DNA from: Acutalibacteraceae bacterium
GTDB lineage: Bacteria; Bacillota; Clostridia; Oscillospirales; Acutalibacteraceae
Direction: 5' to 3'
Assembly: GCA_045544155.1 (NCBI GenBank)
Contig: JAZPYN010000009.1
Span: 5,940 to 69,939 of the forward strand
Length of the DNA stretch: 64,000 nucleotides
Part shown: piece by piece, positions 8,577 through 19,388 of the stretch
Layout: every line of letters starts with the position of its first letter
Numbering within the stretch: the first letter of the stretch is position 1
Translations under genes and position numbers: made by a program
Notes under the pieces: model-generated
Seen by the model: the letters and a program-made list of their open reading frames with translations, nothing else
What the model was told of the DNA's origin: nothing
Databases searched by the model: none

Positions 8577-9744
8577 ATTCAAATCTGTCAGGAAAGGCAA
8601 CTTTGAGTGCGTTGAGCATTCTTACATCGGGTCGCACGAATTCGTTGTAGTAGCGGAAGTTGTTGTCTTCCATTCTGTGTATCAGGTCAACGTCCTCTGT
8701 CAAAGCTGTTGCACAGCTCAAGACTTCTTCGGGCGAAGAGTATTTAAGGTAGTTTTTGCCCTCTTTGAGTCCGCCTATCGGCTCGTATACAAACGGGTCA
8801 GTTATAAGTGCTCTGCCTGCGGCAAAGGTTTCGCCGTAGCGTGCACCGACACAGCCGTGAAGCCCTTTTGAAAGTATATGTATATAGTTGCTTTTGAGTG
8901 TGTCGATGTAGCCTGTCCTTGTGCATATCCTCGGGTCATCGGTTATCAGATCGGGGGCTTCTCTGCGGCTTGTTTCGCTGTTGCTGAGTCCACCCGTAAA
9001 TCGGTCTCCGAAGGCTTCACGGAGCATACGTACAGTGCGTATTCTTTCTTCGTTTGTTGCTCTGAGCATTTCACGCTGCTGCTCGGCTTTTTCGTTTGCT
9101 TGCTCTTCTGTAAGTTTCGGGTAAGCGGCAAGGAGGGTGTCTTTGGTTACCCGGTCGCAGTCCCAAAGCCTTGTCCAGATCAGCAGATTATAGTTATCGT
9201 AATGCTTGTTGCTCTCGAAAATTTTATAATTGACCGCCTTACGGTAACGTTGGGCAAGCAAAAGAGAATACACAAATCCCTTTGTATCTTTTCTTGTCAG
9301 TGCATCTTTTATGCAGGCTGTTTCAAAGTAATTTCCCTTACAAGAGCAATGGTATGACATGGCAAGGTTTTTAAATTTGTCGCGGTTTTTAAGCTTTGCG
9401 GCAAACTCTTCGCTGTAGCTTGATTTAAAATAATAGTCGATAATATCAAGCTGTCTGTCAAAATCCTCAGGGAAATCAAAATCCTGGTATCCGTCAGATA
9501 CATCAAATACAAGTACCTTGCCTTCTGCACGAAGCTCCACAACATAGCTGAGCGGATACTTTTCCTTCGGTGCAAAGTCGGGTGACATCTGTATGTTTTT
9601 AATTTTTATTTTGCCGCTGTCCTCCAAAATTTTCAGCCCTGCAAAAAGCGATGAAAGCGAAAAAACGGTGCAGCATTTGTTGTTAAAAGCAATTGTACAT
9701 TCGAGTGGCTTCAAAACAATATCACTCCATAATTTTCTTTGCAA
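8575..9744 (-). CDS. Hypothetical protein with a CgeB / Glyco_trans_1_2-like C-terminal domain
   Basis: 389-aa ORF. The C-terminal roughly 90 aa (GARYGETFAAGRALITDP...LKEGKNYLKYSSPEEV) resemble the CgeB-type glycosyltransferase C-domain. The start overlaps the stop of the upstream synthase by 23 nt; an alternative ATG is at 9588. Confidence 0.45.
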   Translation of the reverse strand: MQRKLWSDIVLKPLECTIAFNNKCCTVFSLSSLFAGLKILEDSGKIKIKNIQMSPDFAPKEKYPLSYVVELRAEGKVLVFDVSDGYQDFDFPEDFDRQLDIIDYYFKSSYSEEFAAKLKNRDKFKNLAMSYHCSCKGNYFETACIKDALTRKDTKGFVYSLLLAQRYRKAVNYKIFESNKHYDNYNLLIWTRLWDCDRVTKDTLLAAYPKLTEEQANEKAEQQREMLRATNEERIRTVRMLREAFGDRFTGGLSNSETSRREAPDLITDDPRICTRTGYIDTLKSNYIHILSKGLHGCVGARYGETFAAGRALITDPFVYEPIGGLKEGKNYLKYSSPEEVLSCATALTEDVDLIHRMEDNNFRYYNEFVRPDVRMLNALKVAFPDRFE

Positions 9745-10597
9745 GTGTTGCCATATCCTGCGGCAGGGGAGCGGAGAAAACCATTTTTTTGTTTGTTACA
9801 GGGTGCGGCATTTCGAGCTTTGAACAGTGAAGAGCGTGTCTGCCTATTTTTTCTGTGCTTCCCGAATACATTTCGTCACCTGCAAGCGGTGTGCCCTGAG
9901 ATGCAAAGTGCACCCGTATCTGATGTGTGCGGCCTGTTTCAAGTGTAATTTCGAGCAATGACAGCGAGCCGTTACAGCCGAGTGAAGTCCAGTGTGTGAT
10001 TGCCTCTTCGCCGCCTTCGCCTACGGCACGCAGTGTTTTCATCGGGTCGGGTCTGATTATCGGCGCATCGATCGTGCCGCATCCTTCATATTTACCCTCA
10101 ACTATTGCGAGGTAAGTTTTATCGTAATTACCGTTGAGTTTTGATGCTGCCATTTTATGCAGAGCACATACCACAAGCCCTGATGTGCCTTTGTCAAGTC
10201 TGCCTGCAACTCTGAAAACCGCATCTTTACCCTTTTGCGTAAGGTAGTAGGCAACAGCGTTTGCAAGCGTGTCGCCCTGGTGATTGTGTGTAGGATGCAT
10301 AGCAAGCCCTGCAGGCTTGTTGATAACAAGTATGTCATCATCCTCGTACATTACCTCGAAGTCTGCCGCTTGAGGCTCAGCCGTGCTTTTATCCTGCGGC
10401 AGGTTTAGTGTCAGCACCGCACCAGCACGCAGTCTGTCTATCGTGCGTACAGGCTCACCGTCGAGCAGCATAGAGCCGCGTATCTGCTTGAGCGAACGCA
10501 CCATGCGATAGGATAACCCTATACCGCCTCGCAGATAGTTGTTCACTTTTTCACCGTCAAATTCTTGGGGTACGGTGTATGTAAGTGTTCTGTTCAA
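9722..10597 (-). CDS. RluA-family (RluD-like) 23S rRNA pseudouridine synthase
   Basis: 291-aa ORF with an S4-like N-terminus, the catalytic Asp motif GRLDKGTSGL, and GRTHQIRVH. Confidence 0.85.
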   Translation of the reverse strand: MNRTLTYTVPQEFDGEKVNNYLRGGIGLSYRMVRSLKQIRGSMLLDGEPVRTIDRLRAGAVLTLNLPQDKSTAEPQAADFEVMYEDDDILVINKPAGLAMHPTHNHQGDTLANAVAYYLTQKGKDAVFRVAGRLDKGTSGLVVCALHKMAASKLNGNYDKTYLAIVEGKYEGCGTIDAPIIRPDPMKTLRAVGEGGEEAITHWTSLGCNGSLSLLEITLETGRTHQIRVHFASQGTPLAGDEMYSGSTEKIGRHALHCSKLEMPHPVTNKKMVFSAPLPQDMATLAKKIME

Positions 10598-10709
10598 ATA
10601 TTATCACCAAAGAAATATTAACATATAATATGGTTTATGTAAAGTAAATTAGGAATACTGAATCAGAAATGTATAATTCCTGATTGGCGATTCCTAATTT
10701 ATAATTAAA

Positions 10710-11399
10710 TTATGATGCTCGGTTCATAGCCGCGAGCGGGTCAACTATCACACCGTTTACGGTTATTTCAAGGTGAAGGTGGGGCTTGTCTGCTTGCTCT
10801 ACAGGTATAATTCCGAGCTTACCTAATGTGCCGCCCTTCTTTACCGTATCGCCTTTTTTAACTGTTGTGCCGCTTTTAAATCCGCAGTATTTTGCAGTCA
10901 TCGTGTTTCCGTGGTCTATTTCAACCACAAGTCCCCACATAGGGTCATCATAAACATCTGTGACCTTGCCGGACTGGATTGCGAACACATTATCCGACTC
11001 TTTGCCCGTAAAATCAATACCGTTGTGTACTCGCCAGTCGCCCATTGTTTTGGAGCTTACCATTTCTCCGTTTGAATAGTCCTTGAGTATTTCCGTACCC
11101 ATAGGCAGTGCAAATGACCCTGTAAATGGCAGGTTTTCGGACTTGGTTGTTGTTTCCTGTGTTACGGTTTCTTCTTCTGTTTGCGGTACGGTTACCTTTG
11201 TTGCAGGTACGTCTGCTTCAAGCCGTCCTCCCTGATTATCCCAGTCAATTGAAGTTTCGTGCTCGCCGACTGCATTCAGGCTTTTTTTGATAAACGAATA
11301 TGCGCCTATTCCCGATGCGGCAACGCAAATGGCGACTGCAGTGTAAATTCCGGATTTAAACATTGAAAACTTATTTGCTTTTTTAAATTTAATGTCCAT
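10710..11399 (-). CDS. M23 family metallopeptidase with an N-terminal membrane anchor
   Basis: 229-aa ORF with a TM segment near the N-terminus. Motifs HNGIDF (HxxxD) and HLHLE (HxH). Confidence 0.8.
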   Translation of the reverse strand: MDIKFKKANKFSMFKSGIYTAVAICVAASGIGAYSFIKKSLNAVGEHETSIDWDNQGGRLEADVPATKVTVPQTEEETVTQETTTKSENLPFTGSFALPMGTEILKDYSNGEMVSSKTMGDWRVHNGIDFTGKESDNVFAIQSGKVTDVYDDPMWGLVVEIDHGNTMTAKYCGFKSGTTVKKGDTVKKGGTLGKLGIIPVEQADKPHLHLEITVNGVIVDPLAAMNRAS

Positions 11400-11640
11400 T
11401 TTCTATCCCTCCGTACCTATTTTTGACGGTACAGAGAGCGTTTATACAGCAAAAGGAAAACACGCCCGGCATAACACCGAGCGTTTTTCCACAAATTTGA
11501 GGGGGTAAAAAACACGTTAAAAACAATGCGGCTTTGTTTTTAAGTGCAAGTGTATAATAGCAATATGCTTTGTAATTGGTATGAACAATTTGTTAAAACA
11601 TCTTGTTTTTCAGATTGCAATAAAATTTTTTCAAAAAATT

Positions 11641-11654
11641 CAAACAAATGTTTG
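11641..11654. promoter_or_regulatory. SOS-box-like palindrome 1 (CAAACAAATGTTTG)
   Basis: Palindrome with AAAC-N4-GTTT geometry, a degenerate form of the Firmicute LexA box GAAC-N4-GTTC. It overlaps the -35 region of the lexA promoter. Confidence 0.5.
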
Positions 11655-11671
11655 CTTTTTTGAAAATAGTG

Positions 11672-11680
11672 TGCTATAAT
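11672..11680 (+). promoter_or_regulatory. Extended -10 (TGCTATAAT) of the lexA promoter
   Basis: TGnTATAAT lies 60 nt upstream of the lexA ATG and is bracketed by the two SOS-box-like palindromes. Confidence 0.55.
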
Positions 11681-11685
11681 CAAAT

Positions 11686-11699
11686 CAAACATATGTTCT
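11686..11699. promoter_or_regulatory. SOS-box-like site 2 (CAAACATATGTTCT)
   Basis: AAAC-ATAT-GTTC has one mismatch to GAAC-N4-GTTC. It sits immediately downstream of the -10, the classical autoregulatory position. Confidence 0.6.
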
Positions 11700-11740
11700 G
11701 TATGCGGTGTAATATTAAAATAAATCGGGAGGTTAGCTTT

Positions 11741-12331
11741 ATGTTAAACGATACCCAACGAAAAATATATGAATTTTTACTGGAGCGTCTGCAGGACGGT
11801 GTGCCGCCCTCGGTTCGCGAGATTGGTGCTTATGTAGGTCTTAAGTCTACTTCCTCGGTCCAGGCGTGCCTCGATGCTCTCGAGCGTGAGGGCTTTATAT
11901 CGCGTGATCCTATGCTCAAGCGTTCTATCCGTATAGTAGGTCAGGAGGATACTGCTAATATCAAGCAGGTGCCGATTTTAGGTACTGTTACCGCAGGTGC
12001 GCCAATACTTGCTGTTGAACAGGTCGAGGGATATCTTGCTTATACAGGCTATGCTGCTGCCGATAAATCGCTTTTTGCTCTTCGTGTCAAGGGTGAAAGT
12101 ATGCTCAATGCAGGTATTTACGATGGCGATCTTGTTGTTGTTGAGCGTACGCCTGTCGCACGCAATGGCGAAATCGTTGTAGCTCTGGTCGAGGATGAAG
12201 CCACGGTCAAAACCTTTTATAAAGAAAACGGCCATTTCAGACTGCAGCCCGAAAATGATGCCTACGAGCCAATTATAGTCGATGAGGCAGTAATTCTCGG
12301 CAAGGTTGTTGCTCTTCATCGCTATTATTGA
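11741..12331 (+). CDS. lexA: LexA repressor (S24 peptidase)
   Basis: The ORF track opens at 11648, but I prefer the ATG at 11741, 8 nt after GGGAGG. The protein has a wHTH N-terminus, an Ala-Gly cleavage site (VTAGAP), the Ser motif GESM and a downstream Lys. Confidence 0.9.
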   Translation: MLNDTQRKIYEFLLERLQDGVPPSVREIGAYVGLKSTSSVQACLDALEREGFISRDPMLKRSIRIVGQEDTANIKQVPILGTVTAGAPILAVEQVEGYLAYTGYAAADKSLFALRVKGESMLNAGIYDGDLVVVERTPVARNGEIVVALVEDEATVKTFYKENGHFRLQPENDAYEPIIVDEAVILGKVVALHRYY

Positions 12332-12396
12332 TTTTTTAAACAAATACTTACGAGAAATGTTGTAAATATTTTATTAAGATTTATTTCAAGTTAGTA

Positions 12397-13930
<1,534 letters not shown>

Positions 13931-13956
13931 TTTTTTAAGAAAGGTATGATGACGGG

Positions 13957-14829
13957 ATGAACAGACTGCGTTTGATTCTGCTTATGGGGATGTGCATATT
14001 TATTGCACTGCTCAGCATAGGCTATATCACAGTCGGTATGGATGACGGTACATCGGACGAGCCCGTTGTCACAACAGACGCTGAGGTTTATACGCAGCCA
14101 TCAACGGCAGCTTCCGGTGACGATGTTGCGGCCACAACAGCTTCACCGAGCCCGACCGAGAATACAACTTCCGAAAAAACCACTGCTCCGAAGGAGGAGA
14201 TTACAGTATCCGATTACGAGTACGCATATGCAGGCTTCAATCCTTCAGTTGCTGTCGTGAGTGAAGAAAACTGGAATCTTCTCCTTGTCAACAGAAATTA
14301 TATCCTGCCCGATGGTTTTTCAGTTAAAACTGTTCCCGTTAAGGGCGGTGGTCAGTCGCTCGATTATCGTGTGGCACCGCATTATGACGATATGGTTTCT
14401 GCTGCTGAGGCAGACGGTATATCTCTTATCCCCGTTTCGGGCTACCGTTCCGTTGAACGCCAGCGTACAAACTTCGAGCGAAAAATAAATTACTACAGAG
14501 GTCTCGGCTACTCCAAGGCAGAGGCAACTCGTCTTGCTTCTCAGATCGTGCTTATGCCTTCAACAAGTGAGCATAATGCGGGCCTTGCTATGGATTTCGG
14601 TACAAACGGCAATTATACTCTCGATGAGAATTTTGCCAAGACCGATGCGTTTAAGTGGCTTAGTGAAAATGCGGCTGACTACGGCTTTATTCTCCGCTAT
14701 CCCGAGGATGCGCAGGATATCACTATGGTTACCTATGAGCCGTGGCACTGGCGTTATGTCGGCACTAAGGCTGCAAAAGAAATCAAGACTTCGGGTGTAA
14801 CTCTTGAAGAATATTTAGGAATGGAATAA
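13957..14829 (+). CDS. VanY / M15B-family D-alanyl-D-alanine carboxypeptidase, membrane-anchored
   Basis: 290-aa ORF with an N-terminal TM segment and a Ser/Thr/Pro-rich linker. Motifs SEHNAGLAMD and EPWHWRYVG. Confidence 0.8.
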   Translation: MNRLRLILLMGMCIFIALLSIGYITVGMDDGTSDEPVVTTDAEVYTQPSTAASGDDVAATTASPSPTENTTSEKTTAPKEEITVSDYEYAYAGFNPSVAVVSEENWNLLLVNRNYILPDGFSVKTVPVKGGGQSLDYRVAPHYDDMVSAAEADGISLIPVSGYRSVERQRTNFERKINYYRGLGYSKAEATRLASQIVLMPSTSEHNAGLAMDFGTNGNYTLDENFAKTDAFKWLSENAADYGFILRYPEDAQDITMVTYEPWHWRYVGTKAAKEIKTSGVTLEEYLGME

Positions 14830-14832
14830 ACC

Positions 14833-15483
14833 ATGAAGAAAAAAACTCTCAATCCCATTCCCCGTATGCCAAAAAAGACAATAGGTCTTTGGTGGGCTTG
14901 CAGAGCAGCATTGCTGATATGGGGTATAAACGGTCTCTTCAGAGGCTATACATCTGAATTTTTACAAGGCCTTTTTGCAATTGCGTTTACACATCTGTGG
15001 GATCTTTTTCAGATTCTCGGCGGTAAGTCGTTCATTACAAGGCTTCCGTGGCAGTTTCAGACTCACCTTACGCTGTTTATAACACTCGGCGTGTGTATAG
15101 GCTCTACTCTCAACAACCGTACAGATTTTACTTATTCTGATGTTGTAACTCATTTCTTTGCCGGCTTCATTTCCGCAGGCTGGAGTGCAAGACTTCTTGT
15201 AATAATGCAGGAAAAGAAAAAGATTCCGCTTGCTCCGTCGATTGCCGCTATGGCAGGCTTCGGAATGGGTGTTGCGATACTTGTCGGCTGGGAATTCTAC
15301 GAGTTCACAATGGATAAGATATACGGCTTCAATCTGCAGGTGTCAAGCCCCTTTACTAACGAGGGCCTTATAGACACAATGTGGGATTTCATCCTTGGTG
15401 CAGGCGGTGCTCTCACGGGCATGTTCTGCTTTGCCTTTGCAGATGCAAAGAAAAGGAAGAAGCAGACCGAGCTCAACAACTGA
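14833..15483 (+). CDS. Multi-pass membrane protein, function unknown
   Basis: 216-aa hydrophobic ORF starting 3 nt after the VanY-like gene. No family recognised with confidence. Confidence 0.5.
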   Translation: MKKKTLNPIPRMPKKTIGLWWACRAALLIWGINGLFRGYTSEFLQGLFAIAFTHLWDLFQILGGKSFITRLPWQFQTHLTLFITLGVCIGSTLNNRTDFTYSDVVTHFFAGFISAGWSARLLVIMQEKKKIPLAPSIAAMAGFGMGVAILVGWEFYEFTMDKIYGFNLQVSSPFTNEGLIDTMWDFILGAGGALTGMFCFAFADAKKRKKQTELNN

Positions 15484-15488
15484 ATTTT

Positions 15489-15532
15489 ATCCGCTTAATG
15501 AGCCGTTTGTGTTCAATTAAGCGGATTTTTTT
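15489..15532 (+). terminator. Intrinsic terminator
   Basis: ATCCGCTTAAT (15489-15499) pairs with ATTAAGCGGAT (15516-15526), followed by a T6 run. Confidence 0.8.
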
Positions 15533-15576
15533 ACGAACTTAAACATATGCTTTATTATTTGGAACGGAGTGAGCGT

Positions 15577-16299
15577 ATGTTTTCGGTTCTTTGTATCAAT
15601 GAAGTCAGACGTCGCAGATTACCGAGGAAGTGTGCCGTAGAAGCACTTCTCAGCCCTGTGAAAGGTGCGGCACCTTATAAGGTGATAAACGTAGCACCCG
15701 GTAAAAAGGGCATAGACTGGAGAATGGTCAGCCTGGCAGCAGGTTGCAGCCGCCGCAGTATGCTCTTGCCCGAATCGGTTGCGGTGCCGTTGAGTGTGCC
15801 GATTGTAAGATTTGAGCCTCAGGTCTTACCGTTGCTTATCGCTCTGAATACGGCTGTTTTTCACGCTGATAAGAAAGAGGCGTATAAGCGCAGTCTGCTT
15901 GTTTGTGACGTAAAAGCCGTGCTCACCGATTATCTGTCGAGGGCGGTACCTTATGCATCTAAAATAACTGTCGTTACGGATTTTCCCGAGCTGTATCTTG
16001 GATGTGCGGCTGAAATAATGGACACCTACGGTGCGGTAATAAAAATCAGCAGTCAGGCAGCATTGTCTGCAGAGTACGATATTGGCGTAAGTGACGGCGA
16101 AAAAATCAATGCTGCTATCTGTGTAACGGCTGAAGATATAAAGCGTGATGCTGATAAAATAAATTTCCCGGATGAATATGTAAGGATGTGCCCGCCACAT
16201 ATCGATGCTTTCAGCTTTATCTGTGCACTGTTTGAGTGCAGCGGAGTTAAAGAATTAGGAGAAATATATTATGAAAACGGTTGTACCGAACTATTATAA
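15577..16299 (+). CDS. Hypothetical protein
   Basis: The ORF track opens at 15547, but I prefer the ATG at 15577 behind GGAGTGAG. No family recognised. Confidence 0.5.
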   Translation: MFSVLCINEVRRRRLPRKCAVEALLSPVKGAAPYKVINVAPGKKGIDWRMVSLAAGCSRRSMLLPESVAVPLSVPIVRFEPQVLPLLIALNTAVFHADKKEAYKRSLLVCDVKAVLTDYLSRAVPYASKITVVTDFPELYLGCAAEIMDTYGAVIKISSQAALSAEYDIGVSDGEKINAAICVTAEDIKRDADKINFPDEYVRMCPPHIDAFSFICALFECSGVKELGEIYYENGCTELL

Positions 16300-17176
16300 T
16301 GAGTTTTCGTGTGTTGCTTCGGCTTGCCGACACAGCTGTTGCACAGGATGGGAGATTGACATTGACCCCGACACATACAGCTTATACTGCGGTATCGGCG
16401 GTGAGCTTGGCGAGAGGCTTCACAAAAATATAGCTGTTGAAGACGGGCAACCTTATTTTGTTCTCGACTCAAATGAGCGCTGTCCTTTTCTTAATCAAAG
16501 CGGACTTTGCGATATTATATTGACGTGCGGTGAGGAGAGTTTGTGCGATATATGTGCAGATCATCCTCGTTTTCGTAACTTTTTTTCTGACCGCACGGAA
16601 ATAGGATTGGGGCTCTGCTGTGAAGCGGCGGCAGAGCTGATAATTAACTTCGAAAAACCGTTTGAGCTTATGGTACTTGAAGATGACGGCTTTGTTGAAG
16701 CACTTAATGAAGAAGAAAAAGAGATACTTGAACTGCGAAATCTTGCGTTGAAAATTGCTGCTGACAGTAAGCATAATTTTGCAGAACGGGTAAATGTATT
16801 ATGTGAAAAATTCAATGTAAAAACAGATGAAAAATCACCTGAATTGTGGGCACAGCACCTTTCGTCGCTGGAGAGACTTGATCCTCAGTGGGACAGCTGT
16901 CTTGATTTCATTTCACGTAATACGGTGATGAAAGCTTCGCTGACAAATGAAAAGTCTGCTGAAAATCTTCTGTGTTATTTTATATACCGTCATCTTTCGT
17001 CTGCACTTAATAAAGAGGAGGCACAAAGCCTTATCGCATTTGCTATGTTCAGCTGCAGAGTTATTTTTACTCTTTCAGCTTTTGTACCCCTTGAAGAAGC
17101 TGCGAGGATGTATTCAGCCGAAATTGAGTATTCTGATGAGAATATAAATTCGGTTTTAAATCTTTTATGTAATTGA
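16271..17176 (+). CDS. Cys-rich FliB-like protein (family annotated as flagellin lysine-N-methylase)
   Basis: 301-aa ORF with N-terminal FSCVASACRHSCCTGWEI, then ERCPFLNQSGLCDI and CDICADHPRF, the pattern typical of this family as I recall it. Confidence 0.5.
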   Translation: MKTVVPNYYNEFSCVASACRHSCCTGWEIDIDPDTYSLYCGIGGELGERLHKNIAVEDGQPYFVLDSNERCPFLNQSGLCDIILTCGEESLCDICADHPRFRNFFSDRTEIGLGLCCEAAAELIINFEKPFELMVLEDDGFVEALNEEEKEILELRNLALKIAADSKHNFAERVNVLCEKFNVKTDEKSPELWAQHLSSLERLDPQWDSCLDFISRNTVMKASLTNEKSAENLLCYFIYRHLSSALNKEEAQSLIAFAMFSCRVIFTLSAFVPLEEAARMYSAEIEYSDENINSVLNLLCN

Positions 17177-17238
17177 CAATTTTTTTTGGCTGTAGTATCA
17201 TATTTATCGTATTTTGTAAAAAAGGGGGTGCCTTTCTC

Positions 17239-18684
17239 GTGAAAAAGTTTAATGAGCAGAGCTTGAACAATGCAGGCAAAAAGCTCTATGAAAAGGTTTG
17301 CACTGCTTCGGACAAGCTCGAAAAAAGCAATCGGCTCAATCTCACGTTGATAGCTTTAATTTGCGCTGTAACCTTTGGCGTTATGCTTTTTTTTAATATG
17401 TCTACACATCTTGCGGCGGACGATTATGCGTATAATTTCGTATTTGTTGAGGACGGCACCAACGTAGCGGGTAATTTTGTAACGGGGGAGCGGCTTTCAA
17501 GCGTAGGTGATATCCTACGTTCCATGCAGGCTCATTACAACACTGTAAACGGCAGGGTAGTTATACATTTTCTCGTGCAGCTGATGATGCTTATAGGCAA
17601 GCCTGTGTTTAATGTAATCAATTCGTTGATGTACGTTATGCTTATTATGCTTATGTATCTTCATTGCAAGGGTAGAGCAAAAGAGCATAACGCAACTCTG
17701 TTCACTATGCTTTCTCTTGCCGTATGGAGCTTTGCACCGGGTCTCGGTGTAACAGTTTTCTGGCTTGACGGCAGCATTAACTATCTCTGGGGCTCAGTTA
17801 TACGTCTGGCTGTGCTGTTGCCGTTTCGCTTTTATTACGATTCGGGTAAATGCACCAAGCCTGTGCTCAAGGCAGTTTTTATGCTTCTTGTTTCATTTAT
17901 CGCGGGCGCGACTAACGAGAATACCTCAGCAGCATTTGTCGGGCTTTGCGTGCTGTTTATGGTTCTGTACAAGCTTAAAGGCTATAAGTTACCCGTTTGG
18001 AGCTTTGTGTCAATTATCAGTGCCGTATGCGGCTATGCTTTTATGGTTTTTGCTCCGGCAACCTTCGGCAGAATGAACGATATGGGCGGTATTCTTAAGC
18101 TTAAGTATATTGCCGTGCTTGTTTGTAAATCGGTCGAGGTCTTCTGCCCGTATGCAGCAGTGTTTATTGTTGTTGCGCTTGTGCTTTATTTTACAAGCCG
18201 TGAAAAATCAAAGGTAGATATTAAGCTGCCTGTATGTTATATGCTTACGGCTTTAGCAGGCGATGCAGTTATGGTTTTTTCTCCGTATTTTCCGGTGCGT
18301 GCGTGGTTTGGTATGCACATAGCGGCAATCGTTTCTATAGGTATTTTGGTCTACAGGCTTAAGTTTTCTGAGAGATTTGTTAAGCAGTGTGTCAGCGTAG
18401 TGGCCGCTTTTTGGGTGATATGGGGCTCTTATTCGGTTGCCCGTACAGCGCTTGATGCTTATATTGTTGACGGCAAGTTCGATGCAAGAGAAGCTTATAT
18501 CGAGCAGCAGATGTCTCAAGGCAATTATGACTTGACGGTCAGGCTTATAATGCCTGATGAGAAACGATCGCCTCATTACGGTGTTGCCGATCTGAGTGAT
18601 GATCCGAATAATCGTCGCAATAAAGATATGGCAAAATATTACGGTCTCAACTCAATTGTTGAGGGAAAAAATAACAGCTATTAA
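17239..18684 (+). CDS. Large multi-pass membrane protein (DUF6056 / GT-C-like?)
   Basis: The ORF track opens at a TTG at 17173, but I prefer the GTG at 17239, 10 nt after GGGGG. About 11 predicted TM segments and an AADDYAYNF motif. The family call is tentative. Confidence 0.5.
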   Translation: MKKFNEQSLNNAGKKLYEKVCTASDKLEKSNRLNLTLIALICAVTFGVMLFFNMSTHLAADDYAYNFVFVEDGTNVAGNFVTGERLSSVGDILRSMQAHYNTVNGRVVIHFLVQLMMLIGKPVFNVINSLMYVMLIMLMYLHCKGRAKEHNATLFTMLSLAVWSFAPGLGVTVFWLDGSINYLWGSVIRLAVLLPFRFYYDSGKCTKPVLKAVFMLLVSFIAGATNENTSAAFVGLCVLFMVLYKLKGYKLPVWSFVSIISAVCGYAFMVFAPATFGRMNDMGGILKLKYIAVLVCKSVEVFCPYAAVFIVVALVLYFTSREKSKVDIKLPVCYMLTALAGDAVMVFSPYFPVRAWFGMHIAAIVSIGILVYRLKFSERFVKQCVSVVAAFWVIWGSYSVARTALDAYIVDGKFDAREAYIEQQMSQGNYDLTVRLIMPDEKRSPHYGVADLSDDPNNRRNKDMAKYYGLNSIVEGKNNSY

Positions 18685-18725
18685 AAAATCCGTTATACTC
18701 GACACAGAGTATAACGGATTTTTTG
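18683..18725. terminator. Bidirectional intrinsic terminator
   Basis: ATCCGTTATACTC (18688-18700) pairs with GAGTATAACGGAT (18707-18719). An A-run lies before it and a T-run after it, between convergent genes. Confidence 0.8.
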
Positions 18726-18727
18726 GT

Positions 18728-19387
18728 TTATTTAAGATGTGATGTATTGTTTGCAGTGCGAAGTAACGGCGGCTCATTTTTCCTTAGAGCTACGACTGTA
18801 ACGGCAGAGTTGTCGATTTGCGAGTTGAAGCAGCTTTCACCCTCGGCATTAAGTGCTGCCCTCACAAGGTAGCTGAAAAACGTACCGTGAGTTGCGACTG
18901 CAACTGTCTCACCGCCCGAGTATTTGCGTGAGAGGAAATCGACAAATCGCTTTGCTCTCATCTGTGTCTGCGTTTTTGTTTCGGGTACTGGCAACAGTAA
19001 AGTTCCGCCCGCAATGCTTGGTTCGGTAAGGCAGGGGATACATAGCGGAAAGTTTGCCATGAGTTTATCTGCATCAGCACCTCCCGTTACAGAACCTACC
19101 TCGAGCAGGTCAGGCAAAAGCTCAATGGTCTTACCGAGCTTTTGAGCAGTTGGGTATATTGTTTGTACGGTGCGTGTGAAAGGGCTTGCATATATATGGG
19201 CTATGTCAGTGCCGTCAAACCAATAATCTGCCAATGCCCGAGCCTGACTGAGACCGTGTTCGGTCAGCGGAGTGTCCTCCTCACTGTAGCCTTCGGGAGC
19301 AGGCAGACCTATATTGCCGTAGGATTCGCCGTGACGGATAAAGACGATTTGCACCGTCATATCTTCTCTTGGCGTAAGCTTATCCAT
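18728..19387 (-). CDS. Histidine phosphatase (phosphoglycerate mutase) family protein
   Basis: 219-aa ORF with the RHG motif (FIRHGES) and a second His motif (VATHG). Confidence 0.8.
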   Translation of the reverse strand: MDKLTPREDMTVQIVFIRHGESYGNIGLPAPEGYSEEDTPLTEHGLSQARALADYWFDGTDIAHIYASPFTRTVQTIYPTAQKLGKTIELLPDLLEVGSVTGGADADKLMANFPLCIPCLTEPSIAGGTLLLPVPETKTQTQMRAKRFVDFLSRKYSGGETVAVATHGTFFSYLVRAALNAEGESCFNSQIDNSAVTVVALRKNEPPLLRTANNTSHLK

Positions 19388-19388
19388 A

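Noticed and set aside
10646-10700. Interrupted hairpin (AAATTAGGAAT...ATTCCTAATTT with inner AATCAG/CTGATT) downstream of the M23 peptidase gene as an intrinsic terminator
   Set aside because: The stem is plausible, but on the minus strand it is not followed by a U-run, so I do not list it as a terminator. It could still be a Rho-dependent or structural element.
11648-11740. Upstream extensions offered by the ORF track for lexA (11648), the LRR protein (24909), the response regulator (26955), the PF14907 protein (49460), the small PGT (50646) and others
   Set aside because: The extensions lack an RBS, overlap upstream genes or promoter elements, and add non-homologous residues in front of conserved N-termini. 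Internal starts with Shine-Dalgarno sequences were preferred. The choices are stated per feature.
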